NCBI GenBank assembly: GCA_030390025.1
Contig: JASTWF010000034.1
Location: 3,596,001-3,660,000 of the forward strand
Length of the DNA: 64,000 nucleotides
DNA from: Squalus acanthias
Lineage: Eukaryota
Direction of reading: 5' to 3'
Part shown: positions 37,515 to 53,116 of the stretch, piece after piece
Layout: every line of letters begins with the position of its first letter
How positions within the stretch are numbered: the first letter of the stretch is position 1
The notes under the pieces: model-generated
The model's database searches: none
What the model was told of the DNA's origin: nothing
The model's input: only the letters and a program-made list of their open reading frames with translations
Made by a program: the position numbers and the translations under genes

Positions 37515-39186
37515 TGGCGCCCCGCACAAAGATGGCGGCTCCTGCGAAGCGCAAAAAGATGGCGGCTCTGGGGCCATGCACAAAGATTGCGGCTCTGGTG
37601 GTTCCGCAAAAAAGATGGAGGCTCTGGTGCCCTTCAAAAAGATGGCGGCTCCTGCGCCGCGCAAATAGATGGCGGCTCTGGTGCCACGCATAAAAATTGC
37701 GACTCCGGGGCCCCGCACAAATATGGCGGCTCCTGTGCCCCACGTAAGGATGGCAGCGCTGGGGCCCAGCACAATGCTGGCGGCTCCAGGGCCAGGCACA
37801 AAAATGGCGGCTTTGGCGGCCCGCACAAAAATGGCGGATCTGGGGCCTCGCACAAAGATGGAGGCTCCAGCATCCCGCTAAAATGGCGGCTCTGGGGACC
37901 AGCACAAAAAGAATCACCTCTGGGGGCTCCGCACAATGATAGCGGCTCCAGTGCCCCGCGTAAAGATGGCGGCTATCGGGCCCAGAACAAAGTTGGCGGC
38001 TCCGTGGATACGCACAAAGATGGAGGCTCTGGTGGACCCGCACAAAGATGGCGGCTCCTGCGCTACGCACAAAGATGGCGGCTCCTGCGCTGTGCACAAA
38101 GATGGTGGCTCTGGGGGCCCCGCACAAAGCTGGCACCACTGGGGTGCGCACAATGATGGCGTCTCTGGGGCCTCGCACAAAGATGGCGTCTCTGTTGGCC
38201 CGGCACAAAAATGCGGCTCCTCCGCCGCGCACAAATATGGCAGTTCTGGGGCCCCGCACAAAGATGGCGGCTCCGGCGCTCGCACAAAGATAGAGGCTCC
38301 GGAGCCCTTCACAAAGATTGCGTCTCCTGCGCCGTGCACAAAATGTCTGCTCTGGGGCCCCGCACAAAGATGGCAACTCTGGTACTTCGAACAAAGCTGG
38401 CGGCTCTGGGGGTCGCACAAAGATGGCGCCTCTGGGGCCTCGCACAAAGATGGCGGCTCTGGGGCCCCGCATAAAAATGGATACTCTGGCATCTCCGCAC
38501 AAAGAAGAAGCCTCCGGGGCTCCGCACAAAGATGGCTGCTCCTGCACCGCGCACAAAAATGGTGTCTCTGGGGCCACGGACAATGCTGGCGGCTCTGGGA
38601 CCCAGCAGAAATATTGTGGCTCTTGTGCCTTGCACACAGATGGCAGCTCTGTGGCCACGCACAAAGATGGCGGCACACGTTGCCCCACACAAAGATGGCG
38701 GCTCTGGTGCCCTGCACATAGATGGCGGCTCTGGGGACACGCAAAATGATGGCGGCTCCCGGGCCCCACACTAAGATTGTGGCTCTGGTGCCTTGCACAA
38801 AGATGGCGCCTCCGGGGCCCCACACAAAGTTGGCGGCTCTGTGGGCCCCACACAAAGATGGAGGCACTGGGGGCCCCGCACCTAGATGGCGGCTGCTGCA
38901 CTACGCACAAATATGGCGGCTCAGGGGCCCTGCACAACGATTGCGGCTCTGGGGCCCTGCACATTGATGGTGGCTCTGGCGCCCCGCCATACATGGCGAC
39001 TCCGTGGCGACGCACAAAGGTGGCTGCTCTGGGGATTCGCACAAAGATGGCGGCTCCGGTGCCCCGCACAAAAATGGCGGCTCCAGGGCCAGGCATAAAG
39101 ATGGCGGCTCCGGCGCCCCGCACAAAAATGGCGGCTCAGGAGCCCCGCTCAAAATGACGGCTCTGCGGCACCGCACAAAGATGGCT
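37515..39186. repeat. 26-28-bp GC-rich tandem array, about 60 units, with a YY1-consensus core
   Basis: Unit gccccgcacaAAGATGGCGGCtctggg with variants such as AAAATGGCGGC. Confidence 0.92.
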
Positions 39187-39480
39187 TCTCTCTCTCATTC
39201 GGGGTCTTTAACTGGCCCGCGGGAGGCCGCCATTGAGGTATTTCGTTCCCATGAGCGAGCCCGGGGAATGGCGGCGTGAGGCGAGCGTCCGGAGGGCAGC
39301 AGCGGGAGGCCCGGTTACCGTGGGGGCGAGCGATTGGCAGCAGCCCGGCCCGGGGAGGAGGAAGCCCGGCAACAGGCCGGGGGCCCGCCCGCCCGCAGCT
39401 CACTGTCTGCCGGCCTCGCTCCGCGTTAGCGCCACTCTGCCCGGAATGGGATGAGCAATGGCCTGTCCCTGTTTCAGTCC
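39187..39480 (+). promoter_or_regulatory. CpG-rich putative promoter/non-coding first exon of the downstream ZNF gene
   Basis: CpG-dense; GCCGCCATT followed by gag|gtattt (donor at 39238). Confidence 0.45.
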
Positions 39481-39494
39481 TGCAAATGTTTATG

Positions 39495-39818
39495 TACATA
39501 AGAACATAAGAAATAGAAGCAGGAGTAGGCCATTTGGCCCTTCGAGCCTGCTCCGCCATTCAATAAGATCATGGCTGATCTTCGACTTCATCTCCACTTT
39601 CCTGACCTATCCCCATATCCCTTGATTCCCTTAATACTCAAAAATCTATCGATCTCTGTCTTGAATATACTCAAAGACTGAGCCTCCCCAGCGTTCTGGA
39701 GTAGAGAATTCGAAAGATTCACTGCACTCTGAGTGAAGAAATGTCTCCTCATTTCAGTCCTAAATGGCCGACCCCTTATTCTGAGACTGTGACCCCTGGT
39801 TCTACATTCCCCAGCCAG
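39495..39818 (-). mobile_element. CR1 3' end fragment
   Basis: acataagaacataagaaatag tail and RT-terminal sequence. Confidence 0.85.
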
Positions 39819-39819
39819 C

Positions 39820-39985
39820 GTGATGTTGGGGTTTGGCCTCGGTCACTGTTTGCCCTCCAGTACCTTGTCAAGGGTAATTCTGAGCTGTGAGCCTATACTG
39901 AAGGTGCTGTGTGATGGTGGGGTTCGGCCCCAGACACTGTTTGCCCTCCAGTACCTTGTCAAGGGTAATTCTGAGCTGTGAGCCT
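39820..39985. repeat. Two-copy direct repeat, period about 91 bp
   Basis: cactgtttgccctccagtaccttgtcaagggtaattctgagctgtgagcct at about 39844 and 39935. Confidence 0.85.
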
Positions 39986-40084
39986 CTACAGCGAGCTGCC
40001 AGCATTTCGACCATGGGGAGCAGCACAGCCGCCGTCCATGGCTGATTCTGTCTAGCAAAGCTGAGCCAATGGTAGCACAGCAGC

Positions 40085-40320
40085 AACTACTGCCATTTCC
40101 ATCACGCCTTTAAAGTAGTAAAACTTCCCAAGGCGTTTCACAAGAGCATAATCAGTCAAAAATTGACACTGACCCAATGAAGGAGACATCGGACCCGCTG
40201 AACAAAACCGGTGATCAAAGATTTTAGGGCCTCGGCAACTGAAGGCACGGCCGCCAATGGTGGATCGAAGGGAGTGGGTGTTGCACAAGAGGCCAGAGTT
40301 GGAGGAGTGCAGAGTTCATA
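40085..40320 (-). mobile_element. L2-type LINE 3' fragment
   Basis: IGGRAFSC motif and a tail like that of 58660-58900. Confidence 0.65.
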
Positions 40321-40929
40321 GAATCCTAGAATGAAACAGCTGATCCACTTGGCACTGCAGTGTCTGAAACTCAGAATAGAAATTCCAGGAAAACCCAATA
40401 CTGACAAATGTTAAACTGTTTCATTGACAAAAGAAATATCGATTTAACTTTTAAAAGAGAAACCGTTTAACAGGGGTTCACAATGACTCACCTGACTGGC
40501 CGACTCAAGCACCGCGATTGGTTGAGGACCATGCTGCTCCCTTGGCTCTCCGGCCTCTGAACTCTCTTCCTGTTGGTTCCCAGGCCAATCGATCACCGCT
40601 CGCCAACATTACGCTGCCAGATGAGCTTTAGGGGCTCAGAGGAAGAAAGGAAATGAGACCTTGAATCTGAGTTGGGAAATACAATTAGAGAAACATGATC
40701 CAATGCACAAACTGAACTATTTTAAATCAATTCAATTGAATTGTTGCAATTAATATCTGCCTTTTGAGCCAAGTGGGAAACAAGTGATGTCTGGGTTGTG
40801 CAGGAGTGTTTGCGCCCGGTTACACTGCGTGTTCCTGAATCTACACCAAGTGTGCTTCTTTCAGCTCAAGTTCTCATTCACACACATCCAACTGATGGAT
40901 TAACCTCGACCTTCTAAACCCATTACAGA

Positions 40930-41400
40930 AAGTATCAGCTTTGGGTGTTTAGTTATGCTAAACATTTAAGAAACACTGGTTAAGCCTCAGCTGGAGAATT
41001 GTGTTGAATTCTGGGCGCCACACATTAGAGGGTGCAGAGGAGATTTACTAGAATGGTACCAGGGATGAGGGACTTTGGTTGTGTGGAGAGACTGGAGAAG
41101 CTGGTCTTGTTCTCCTTATGGCAGAGAAGGTAAAGAGGAGATTTAACAGAGGAGTAAATAAGGAGAAACGGTTTCCAGTGGCAGAAGGGTCGGTAACACG
41201 GATTTAAGGTGATTGGCAAAAGAACCAGAGGCGAGATGAGGAAGCATATTTTTGCACAGCATGTTATGATGATCTGGAATGCACTGTCTGAAAGGATGGT
41301 GGGAGCAGATTCAATAGAAGCTGCCAAAAGGGAATTGGATAAATACTTGAAGGGGGAAAAAAGATGGCTATGGGGACAGAGCAGGGGAGGAATTGGATAA
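40930..41400 (+). mobile_element. CR1 3' fragment
   Basis: TLVxPQLExCVxFW and WNALSERMV. Confidence 0.8.
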
Positions 41401-41414
41401 TTCTACCATAGAGG

Positions 41415-42210
41415 CGGACAGTGTAGAGCGAGCTTTACCCGGTACCTAATCCATGTTGTACCTGCCCTGGGAGAGTTTCATGGGACGGTGTAGAGGGAGC
41501 TTTACTCTGTATATAACCCGTGCTGTACCTGCCCGGGGAGTGTTTGATGGGACAGTGTAGAGGGAGCTTTACTTTGTATCTAACCCGTGCTGTACCTGCC
41601 CTGGGAGAGTTTGATGGGACGGTGTAGAGGGAGCTTTACTCTGTATCTTACCCGTGCTGTACCTGCCCTGGGAGTGTTTGATGGGACAGTGTACAGGGAG
41701 CTTTACTCTGTAGCTAACCCGTGCTGTACCTGCCCTGGGAGTGTTTGATGGTCATGATGCGGAGATGTATCTAACCTGTGCTGTACCTGCCCTGGGAGTG
41801 TTTGATGGGACAGTGTAGAGGGAGCTTTACTCTGTATCTAACCCGTGCTGTTCCTGCCCTGGGATTGTTTGATGGGACAGTGTAGAGGAAGCTTTACTCT
41901 CTATTAAACCCGTGCTGTACCTGCCCTGGGAGTGTTTGATGGGGACAGTGTTAAGGCAGCTTTACTCTGTATCTAGCCCTTGCTATACCAGCCCTGGGAG
42001 TGTTTGATGGGGACAGTGTAGAGGCAGCTTTACTCTGTATCTAGCCCGTGCTGTACCTGCCCTGCGAGTGTTTGATGGGTCAGTGTAGAGGGAGTTTTAC
42101 TTTGTATCTAACCCGTGCTGTAACTTCCCAGGAATGTTTGATGGGACAATTTCGAGGGAGCTTTACTCTGTATCTAACCCATGCTGTACCTGCCTTGGGA
42201 GTGTTTGATG
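41415..42210. repeat. 67-bp tandem repeat, about 12 copies
   Basis: Unit gtgtagagggagctttactctgtatctaacccgtgctgtacctgccctgggagtgtttgatgggaca. Confidence 0.95.
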
Positions 42211-42939
42211 TTACGGCCCCACGGTGAGCTCTTCTACCCAGCCGATCATCCTCGACCCCAACCCCCAATCCCTCTCTCCCTTCTCTATGCGGCCTAGTGC
42301 TGCAGCCTTTCCATCTGGCTGGCTGTGTGTGGGAACCAGAGCTTGGAAATGTTAATCAGGCCCTGCCATTAAATTCGGCAGGGCCTGCGGGACACCCGTT
42401 CTCCCTGGTTTCCCGAGCGCCCCCCGCCTTGCCCCCAACCCACCAATGTATTAAAATGCAGGCCTTTAACTCTGTTTCTCTCTCCACAGATACAGCCTGA
42501 CCTGCTGAGTTGATCCAGCAGTTTCTTTCCTTTTATTTCAGATTTCCAGCATCCGCAGTATTTGGGTTAGTTTTATTGCAGGCGTTGCTCACAGAACACA
42601 GTCTGGAATCACAGGCGGACCATTTAAGAGCTGATTTGCATCAGGGTGGGCGTTGGATGCAGAAGTCGCTCCCTGGCCTCCTGTGAAGGTCTTTTTTGTT
42701 GCAGCAGTTTAAGCTGGAGTGGAGATGGGGCAGAAGCTGCTGGGTTTAACCCCCAGTGCTTTTGAGCCCAGTAGGGCCCGACAATTTCCGTTGTGGGATT
42801 GTCAAGGGAGGTGGATTCTCGGGGAGATTAGGTTGCTGAACAAACACTGCCCATACAATGTGAAAGAATATTGTTTTAGGAACAAGTATTTCTGCAGAGG
42901 CTTTCAATCCATTTTACATGTACAGATTTTTAAATTAAT

Positions 42940-43200
42940 TCTTGGGATGTGGGCGTCGCTGGCAAGGCCAGCATTTATTGCCAATCCCTAATTGCCCTTG
43001 AGAAGGTGGTGCTGAGCCGCCTTCTTGAACCGCTGCAGTCCATGAGATGAATGTGCTCCCACAGTGCTGTTAGAGAGGGAGTTCCAGGATTTACACCCAG
43101 CGACGATGAAGGATCGACGATATACTTCAAAGTCGGGATGGTGTGTGACTTGGAGGGGAATTGGAGGTGATGGTTTTTCCATGTACACGCTGCCCTTGTC
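42940..43200 (-). mobile_element. LINE 3' end fragment (longer copy at 54385-54895)
   Basis: KSWNSL..GLQRFKKAAxHxLLKGN* followed by an AATAAA tail. Confidence 0.75.
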
Positions 43201-43525
43201 GCGGCTTTTGGAGCTTTTGTCAAAGTTCTGGTCGAGTTGCAGATGTACAAAGTCCTTCTCCTTCACCCCCTCCCACCTCTCTCTCTCTGCTCCCATAGAG
43301 GCCGGATCTTGTGTAGGCCCAGACCGGGTGACGCGTTCCCTACCCTGAGGGACACTTGTGAACTAGTTGGGTTTTTATGACAATCGGCAGCTTTCATGAT
43401 CACGTATTTCTAGTGTCGGCCCCACAAATTACCAGGCTCATTAAGCTCAATTTCACAACCTGCCTTTGTGTTTTTTTGAGTTCTCTCTCACGCTCGCTTT
43501 TTCCAGTTTTAAATTAATTTTACAG

Positions 43526-46225
<2,700 letters not shown>

Positions 46226-47032
46226 CTGCTGTTAATGACACCCAGGACTGAAGTATGTTCAGTCTGACAGTCGGGGTTTGTTTCTGCTGATGTTAGTAAA
46301 TCCTGTAACTGGGCTGGAGTTTAATATTCTGGACATTCGTCAAATAATTGAGCTTGGCTTTAAACACATTTTTGTAGATTTTCATCTTTCCCACCTAGGT
46401 GTTTAGCATCACCTGGCTGGAGCTCAGAAAGGACAATCTGGGGGGAGAATCGTTCGGCGGGAGCAGAACTTCAGCCTGGACACAGTCCTTCAGGGCCACA
46501 CAGAGAGGGGCAAACGGCACTTTGGTCTTTCTCGTCTCTCTTCACTGACTGCAAAGTCCCCGTGTGGTTTAATCTTGACGCCTGTAAGGAATGTGTCCCA
46601 GCCGCACTCTTCCAGGGTTCAGAGCTCCGAGGCACGGAACAGAAGGTTCCTTTACAGCTGTGTTTAGAGTCAGGAAGAACAACGGTGAATGCTGGGAATG
46701 TGCTGTTAAATCAGAGATTGGTGTAAAACTGCGATCTGTTCCTGACTGAAAGTGAAACGGCAGGGATAAGTTTCCCATCTAAAAATGATTGGTAATTATT
46801 CCACGCAGATTTAACGCGTTTGTGTGACAGTCCTGGGTCTAGCATTTTAAGGCAGGTATTAATGTATTTAAAATAAGCCGTTTAAAATAAATGGGTTACA
46901 GACTGCATTAAACTAGCAGACGGAGGAGTTCACAGGAGCCTGTTAACTGCTGGTACAATTATATGATAGACATTTGATCTCCAGATAAAGAATGACCTGC
47001 AGCGTATTTCCAGGAATTCCCTGTTTTATTGA

Positions 47033-48015
47033 TGTGTCCGTGTTAGACACCAGGATTACTAAAAATACACGACCCAGAACATCCACGGGGTGCGATCCCG
47101 ACAGTTACTTTGGAATCACTCCCGCTGCGGAACTCCACCACTGACCCTGCTGAAGGTTGTAGGCTCAGGGAGTGGAGCCTCCATGAGTGCGCTGTAAGAA
47201 AGCTGGGGTTTGTTTTCCTGGCAATTATATGGCAAGGAACCAGAGAAATCCTCACTCAGGAGCCGTCTGTAAGCTTTTTATTTCGACTGGCATTAAATTG
47301 ACAGCAAGACCAATTCCTTTCAAACAATTTGGAATAAGTTTATTAAACACACACAAACATGCACATCAAAACAATAGCCTACTGGTATTTATGGACTCTA
47401 CTCCATTACAACACGTAAGGTAATGGGTTAGATTTACAGAGACTTGTACTTCCCTGAGTCAAGCAATGCATGCGGCCTTTTTCCTTGCTTCTTGGTCTGG
47501 TCTGTAGAAGGAGGGCTTCTTATTTTTCCGCGTGGTCATCCAGAGAGAGAGCGAGAGAGAGACTCCTTTGGGTTCCTTGTTTTATATATTTTTAAGTCCA
47601 TTGTCTCTAGTCTAAATTGCTAAGACCCCAGGATTTAGTCTTAGTTTCATGGAAGTTCTTGATCGACTTTTCTTTGAGCATGTGTCTGTCTACAGTGGCT
47701 GGTGTCATTTCTTGCTTAAGTTAATTGTTTGTTAACTCCTCTTAATGGCTCTTGAGTTTCGATGGTGAGTTTCGATGCTGTATCTGTGGGGGGTTATCCT
47801 GTTATACAGGTTGCCTTTGTTAAGTTTCGCGCCGTTGCCTTGAGCAGGGGAGATCCATACACATCAAATTCATCTTTATTACATACATTTTACAATAATA
47901 GTCTCGAGTCCATCACACATACAAAACATATATTTTTATTATTACACATCTGGGGTTTTACCTGCCAGTGTAGGTCTAGGGGTGAATTATTCCTGACTCC
48001 CCGAACTGTCTTACA
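47033..48015 (-). mobile_element. Solo LTR (983 bp)
   Basis: TG...CA termini flanked by TTGA on both sides; minus-strand AATAAA at about 47340 and TATA-like tract at about 47585. Confidence 0.6.
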
Positions 48016-48184
48016 TTGAACCCAGTTCAGATCAAGTTTGAAACACAAAAGCAAAATACTGTGGATGCTGGAAAACTGAAATACGAATAGAATGCTGGAA
48101 ATATTCAGCAGGTCAGGCAGCATCTGTGGAGAGAGAAACAGAGTTAACGTTTCAGGTCGATGACCCTTCGTCAGTTCCAGTGCT

Positions 48185-48628
48185 TTGTTTGTTTTTTATG
48201 GCCCTATTATCCTCCATTACTACTTTTAGTGATTTGTGTATCTGTACTCCTAGATCCCTTTGCCCCTCTACCCCATTTAGACTCTTATTCTCCAAGGACT
48301 ATGTGGCCTCCTTATTCTTCCTACCTAAAGGCGCCACCTCACACTTATCTATATTGAAATTAATTTCCCAATTACATTCCCATTCTGCAAGTCCATTAGT
48401 GTCTTCTTGAAATTTGTCACAGTATTCATCAGTATTAACTGTACATCCCAATTTGGTGTCATCGACAAATTTTGAAATTGTGCTTCCGATTCCCGAGTCC
48501 AAACCGTTTATGTAAATTGTGAACAGCAGCGGTCCCAGCACCGATCCTTCTGGAACACCACTTCCCATCTTTTGCCAGTCTGAGTAGCTAATCCCTGTTT
48601 TTTGTTCTGTAACCAGCTTGTTATCCAT
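48185..48628 (-). mobile_element. CR1 RT fragment
   Basis: [28 protein letters not shown]. Confidence 0.88.
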
Positions 48629-48644
48629 AAAAGTATGTACATTC

Positions 48645-48822
48645 TACAAGATGACCAAGGTCAGGCCGTGTGTCAGTGAAGGGCCAGGCAGCAGGATGGA
48701 TGGAAAGATGGCTACTAAACATCAATCAGAGGGTTGGAGTTAAGGAAAGTTTGTAGCTATCCTTCAATTCATTCTGCGACCTGGCCTTTATCTCCACACG
48801 GCCTGACCTTGGGCACCTTGTA
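48645..48822. repeat. About 28-bp inverted repeat pair (MITE-like)
   Basis: tacaagatgaccaaggtcaggccgtgtg / cacacggcctgaccttgggcaccttgta. Confidence 0.6.
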
Positions 48823-49412
48823 AGACCTCACATACTGCAGACACAGTGCAACAGTGGTGAAAGGGGTGGATATTGAACCTGTGGCAGGGGGGCTGGTGAA
48901 GTTGATTTCTCTGTCCCAGGTGGTTAAGGCATCGCTAGTGGCGATTTTTACCTCTTTCTACCTTTAGAAAATCGTGTTGCCTGCTTATTAAAGCCATTAA
49001 CTGCCTCTTGGGTAGGACACACAAAATAATGAGGCTTCGAAAGTTCCCCTCAGAATTACAGCCCTGAACGCGAGCTGCAAAACATAGTAGAAAACATTTA
49101 GCAATTAAACCAGATTGGCCGGGGCCTGAGGTACGAGTTAGTAACGGAAAAGTGGCAGCCAGAGTGCTTCACACCAAGGCTGAGGACCCGGGAATTCAGG
49201 TCTCTCTATGATTTATTTATTAATTTTGTTTATTGCACAATCTGAATCGGACTGGCGGGTCATCTTGCCGTCCGGCGGAGGCGGGGGTCCCCAATGGAGT
49301 GCTCTCTCCGTGGGAGTATTTCCCTCCACCACTGGGAATCTGGGGTGGAGAGTGTTGCACGGAGCAGTCGTGTGCAACAGTTTGTAAGCACCTTTCCGGA
49401 CTCCAAGGCCAT

Positions 49413-52400
49413 GGCTGGAATTTTCTGGGGTGGTAGCGGGCGAGGTTGGAGGCGGGTCGCGTGGGAAATTTTTTATTTCTGGGATCGGGTCGAGAACCCG
49501 CTGTCATCCCGCTCCCACGTGCCTTTCCCCCAGGCTAGTCTATCAGCGGAGATCCGACCTGACCGGAAGAGGCGCACGACCCAATTTAAATTATTAGTTG
49601 CCAGTTGTCTGAACTTTAAGATTGATTTTAACCTTAACTTTTAAATTTTACTGGATGGCCATGGGAAACACACTGCTGGGGAACCACGTCAGTCAACCTG
49701 AGGCAGGGGTTCAATGGACATTGCTCCAGCTGATTACTTGACAGCATCAAATGCACAGCAAGAACTCCCACCTGACAGATGATCACTTTCCTCAGCAGAG
49801 GCTGTTTCTCACTGCATTCCCAGCACAGATTCTGCAGGCTACAGTCTTTTCAGCAAAGTCTCCATCCAGTGTCACCTCAGTGGAAGAACTTCTCTCACCA
49901 TTAACAGACTGCTTCTGTCATCTCTACTGCACCTGCCATCTATTCCATCAGCATGGGTGCCCTTTATACTGTCTCACCTTGGTCCTCAGAATCTGACCAC
50001 GATGAGCCCCAACACCAGCAGCGCCAGGCACACCAGCAGCACCAACAACAACACCAACCTTCTACGCAATCACTTGATGCTGCAGAGGACTGAGCACATC
50101 AACACCCGAGCACATTGCTGCCCGGCAAACCAGGGCTGACCTCACCATGGCCAGATTTACTTCACTTGACGCTGTACACCCTTGCAGCTGCCACATGATG
50201 CTCCAGGATGGCACCACCCCACAGCAACACCATAAAGCATCCCTGCAATGACCAAGCCATTCCTTTCACACGCACCACCATTGCTGGAGGTACCGTTATG
50301 TCTCACCATTCACCGCAACTCATTAATCCACGTGCAAAGGTGCACACAGATCTGTCCAAGACCAGAAAGTGTTGAAAATATGGATTTTTATATTTGACAG
50401 CACATTAATGGAAACTTTACATAAACATTCGATAAAACACCCAAGTGGCTACCCTTGTGAATTATACTTGTGTACAAAAGACTGATACTTAGATGTTTTT
50501 AGTAATAACATGTATAAGTGTGTTTGTAGAATAGTGAACTTCACATTAACAAAATATCTATATTCAGTATGACCTGTAATGACTTGTGCATAAATTGTTA
50601 AGGCTTGCTCAATATGTAACTGCAAAGACAGCTAGAACTAGTCAAGACTAGCTCTGATAACGGACAGTATCGCAGCTTACGCAGCTTATGAGGCCTTGTA
50701 CGGCCTGTACCAGGGAAGCTAGAAATGAGAGAGATAAGGTAAATTCCAATGGGGTGAAGAACTATAAATAAGATAACAATGAACAGGGTAAAGTTGTAGG
50801 AAAAATACTGGAAAGGAGAGGCCAAGATACTAAACTTAGTCTGAGTGACAATGGTGTTTTGACCATTAGAACCAATTTAAATAGGTGATTTTGCAAAAAA
50901 GACCATATATGGACAATGCCCTAAAGAATTTTTGATAAGATATGGGTTAAAACATTGATACTCGAAAAACAACTTTACACAGACCTACTGCAAGAACAAA
51001 GCAACAGACTGAAGACGACGTCATTTGTGTCCGAGAGGTTCCAGAGTCCAACGACTGCGAGCTACTCGTTAAACTATCGCCTGCTGTTCAGTCTATTATG
51101 CTGTAAGCTTAATAAATCTTGATCTATTGCTCAAACATACTGGCTGCTGCCTATTGGTGTCTTGTCCAAGAAGTCTGAGAGATCATAAATGTTTTACACT
51201 TGTGTGTCATCTTTCTCTTCTGCATGCATCTACGAGGTCAAGCCCTGTGGCTTCAGCAGTGGTAGAGGGAGCCTGCTCCATTCCCTGCTGGCAAGGAGGT
51301 GGAGAGCACCTTGCTGCACAGAAGTGAGGCCATGAGGACCCACGTCTATGCTGACATCCCTCCTAGAGAGGAGGTCTATGAGCCTCTGCCATCTATTCTC
51401 TATACATAGCCATCTATCCCCCATAAAGACCATGTGCTCCTCCGAATGGCCCATTAGCTGCTCCATGTAGCTGCCCATCCTAACCATGGAGTAGCCTTCA
51501 GTCACCATCGTCTGTGACACGGTGGTGGTCATGTTGGAGATGGACTCCTCCATTCTCTGAACATTTGCAGACTTCGCGCTCGCAAAACCTGTCAGAGCCC
51601 CCCTGCACTTCTTGCTGCACCTCCAGGATCGCTCTCTTTCTAGATGGCCCCCGAGGCTCAACGTCTGCATGCAGCTGAACGGAGCTGGGAGCGTCCTGCA
51701 CCCTCCAGCAAGGAGTCTCCACTGCTCTCCCTCTCTCCACCATCTGCTCTTGCACACTTGTGAGTTGTGAGACACCAGGTGCAACACTACTCTATCTCGT
51801 GTGGGACCCACCGAGGTGTGCGTGTCTGCCCTTGTGCTGATTTCGAACTTATGTCTGGTGATGGTGCACCCTCAGAGGGTGGAGGCTCCTCTGAGGAGTT
51901 CTCTTCCTCTTCCTCCTGGACAGTGGAGAGGAGCGGGAGCTCTTGATGGACCTGAAGGAGAGTGAAGATATGAGTTAGCTATGTCATGTTAAGAATGGGT
52001 ACATATACCATTATGCACATGGTGACCATTCAGTGAACTCAGTGCCCATATGAGTGACTGATGTATGCCATGTAGCTGTATGATATGTAATTCTGTCATT
52101 AGGCTGCTGAGATGTCCCCCTCGCTCCATCTCCCACCTCCAGCTGCTCGGCGACTCCAGATATTTCTAAAGCAGCCTCCGCTGCTTTTGTAAGGTTTGCA
52201 AATGATGGAATGCCACCGCCGGTTATCACCTTCTCCCTCTTATTGTGGACTCTCTTTTCCTGCAAGGAAGGAAAGAAGAGAAGTTTGAGTGAGCGTGATG
52301 GAATGAATGTAAGGAATGGATGGGGTAGATATTAGAGGGTGACTATGATGGAGTGGGGTGCCAAAGACAAGTGCCCTCCTTGTGCGTTGTTAGTTGGTAT

Positions 52401-53116
52401 GATTGCACTAGGATGAGGGTGAGTGTGAGGGAAGACTACTGAGATGGGGATGAGATAACGTAAATAGAAAGAGAGGGACGGGTTGACGTGCAAGATATGT
52501 TGGCGTGAGTAAGAATGTGCAGGGGTAGGGTTGGGAAGCCAGAGAGACGGGGATGTGATGAGAGGCACAGAAAGATGAAGGTGAGTGTGGCTTTGTACTC
52601 ACGTTTCCCGATCGAATTAGATCATTGAAACATTTGCGGCACTGCACCCAAGTCTTCCGAACAACATCCTCTGCAATCTCCAACCAGGCTGTTTTGGTGT
52701 CCTGGGGAGGTCTCTTCCGTCCATTGGAAGAGAAGATGACCATCCTGAATGCTTTGACTCCCTTCATAAACATATGGAGGGAGCCATCGGACAACCTGGG
52801 TGCAGCCCTCTGCCACTGTGCAGTCATAGTTAGTGTTTGCAGCACTCCAATGCTGTAGTGCACTGACAGCACCATGTTACATTGACATTCAATCCAATGT
52901 GGCCATGGCCCCTTTAAAGATCCCGGCTGAAAGCGCGTCATCGATAACGTCAACAGAACAGACGCGTCTATTTGGCCCGGGTAACGCACTGGCGGGCTCA
53001 ATAGGCCCCATTAAAGTAAAGTCATTTTCAGCAGCGAGCTGGAGCCAGCAGCCGGGTCAGGACCCGCCATGGCCACCTCCCCAACCGGACCTGCCCAGGT
53101 AGGCAAAATTCGGGCC
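49413..53116 (-). mobile_element. Second PIF/Harbinger derivative with a spliced Myb/SANT gene remnant and no recognisable nuclease
   Basis: TIR-like ends ggctggaatttt / aaaattcgggcc; minus-strand exons RAAPRLSD..AWLEIAE..TWVQCRKCFNDL|gtgagt (about 52830-52603), EKRVHNKRE..TGGG (52259-52100) and an acidic exon from about 51950. Confidence 0.78.
50471..51198 (+). mobile_element. Solo LTR (728 bp) nested in the Harbinger derivative
   Basis: TGTA...TACA termini; CTTG duplicated at 50467-50470 and 51199-51202; AATAAA at 51111. Confidence 0.75.

Noticed and set aside
37483..39176. 546-aa and other long ORFs over the YY1-motif array
   Set aside because: They are open in several frames on both strands because the repeat unit lacks stops; no domain signature.
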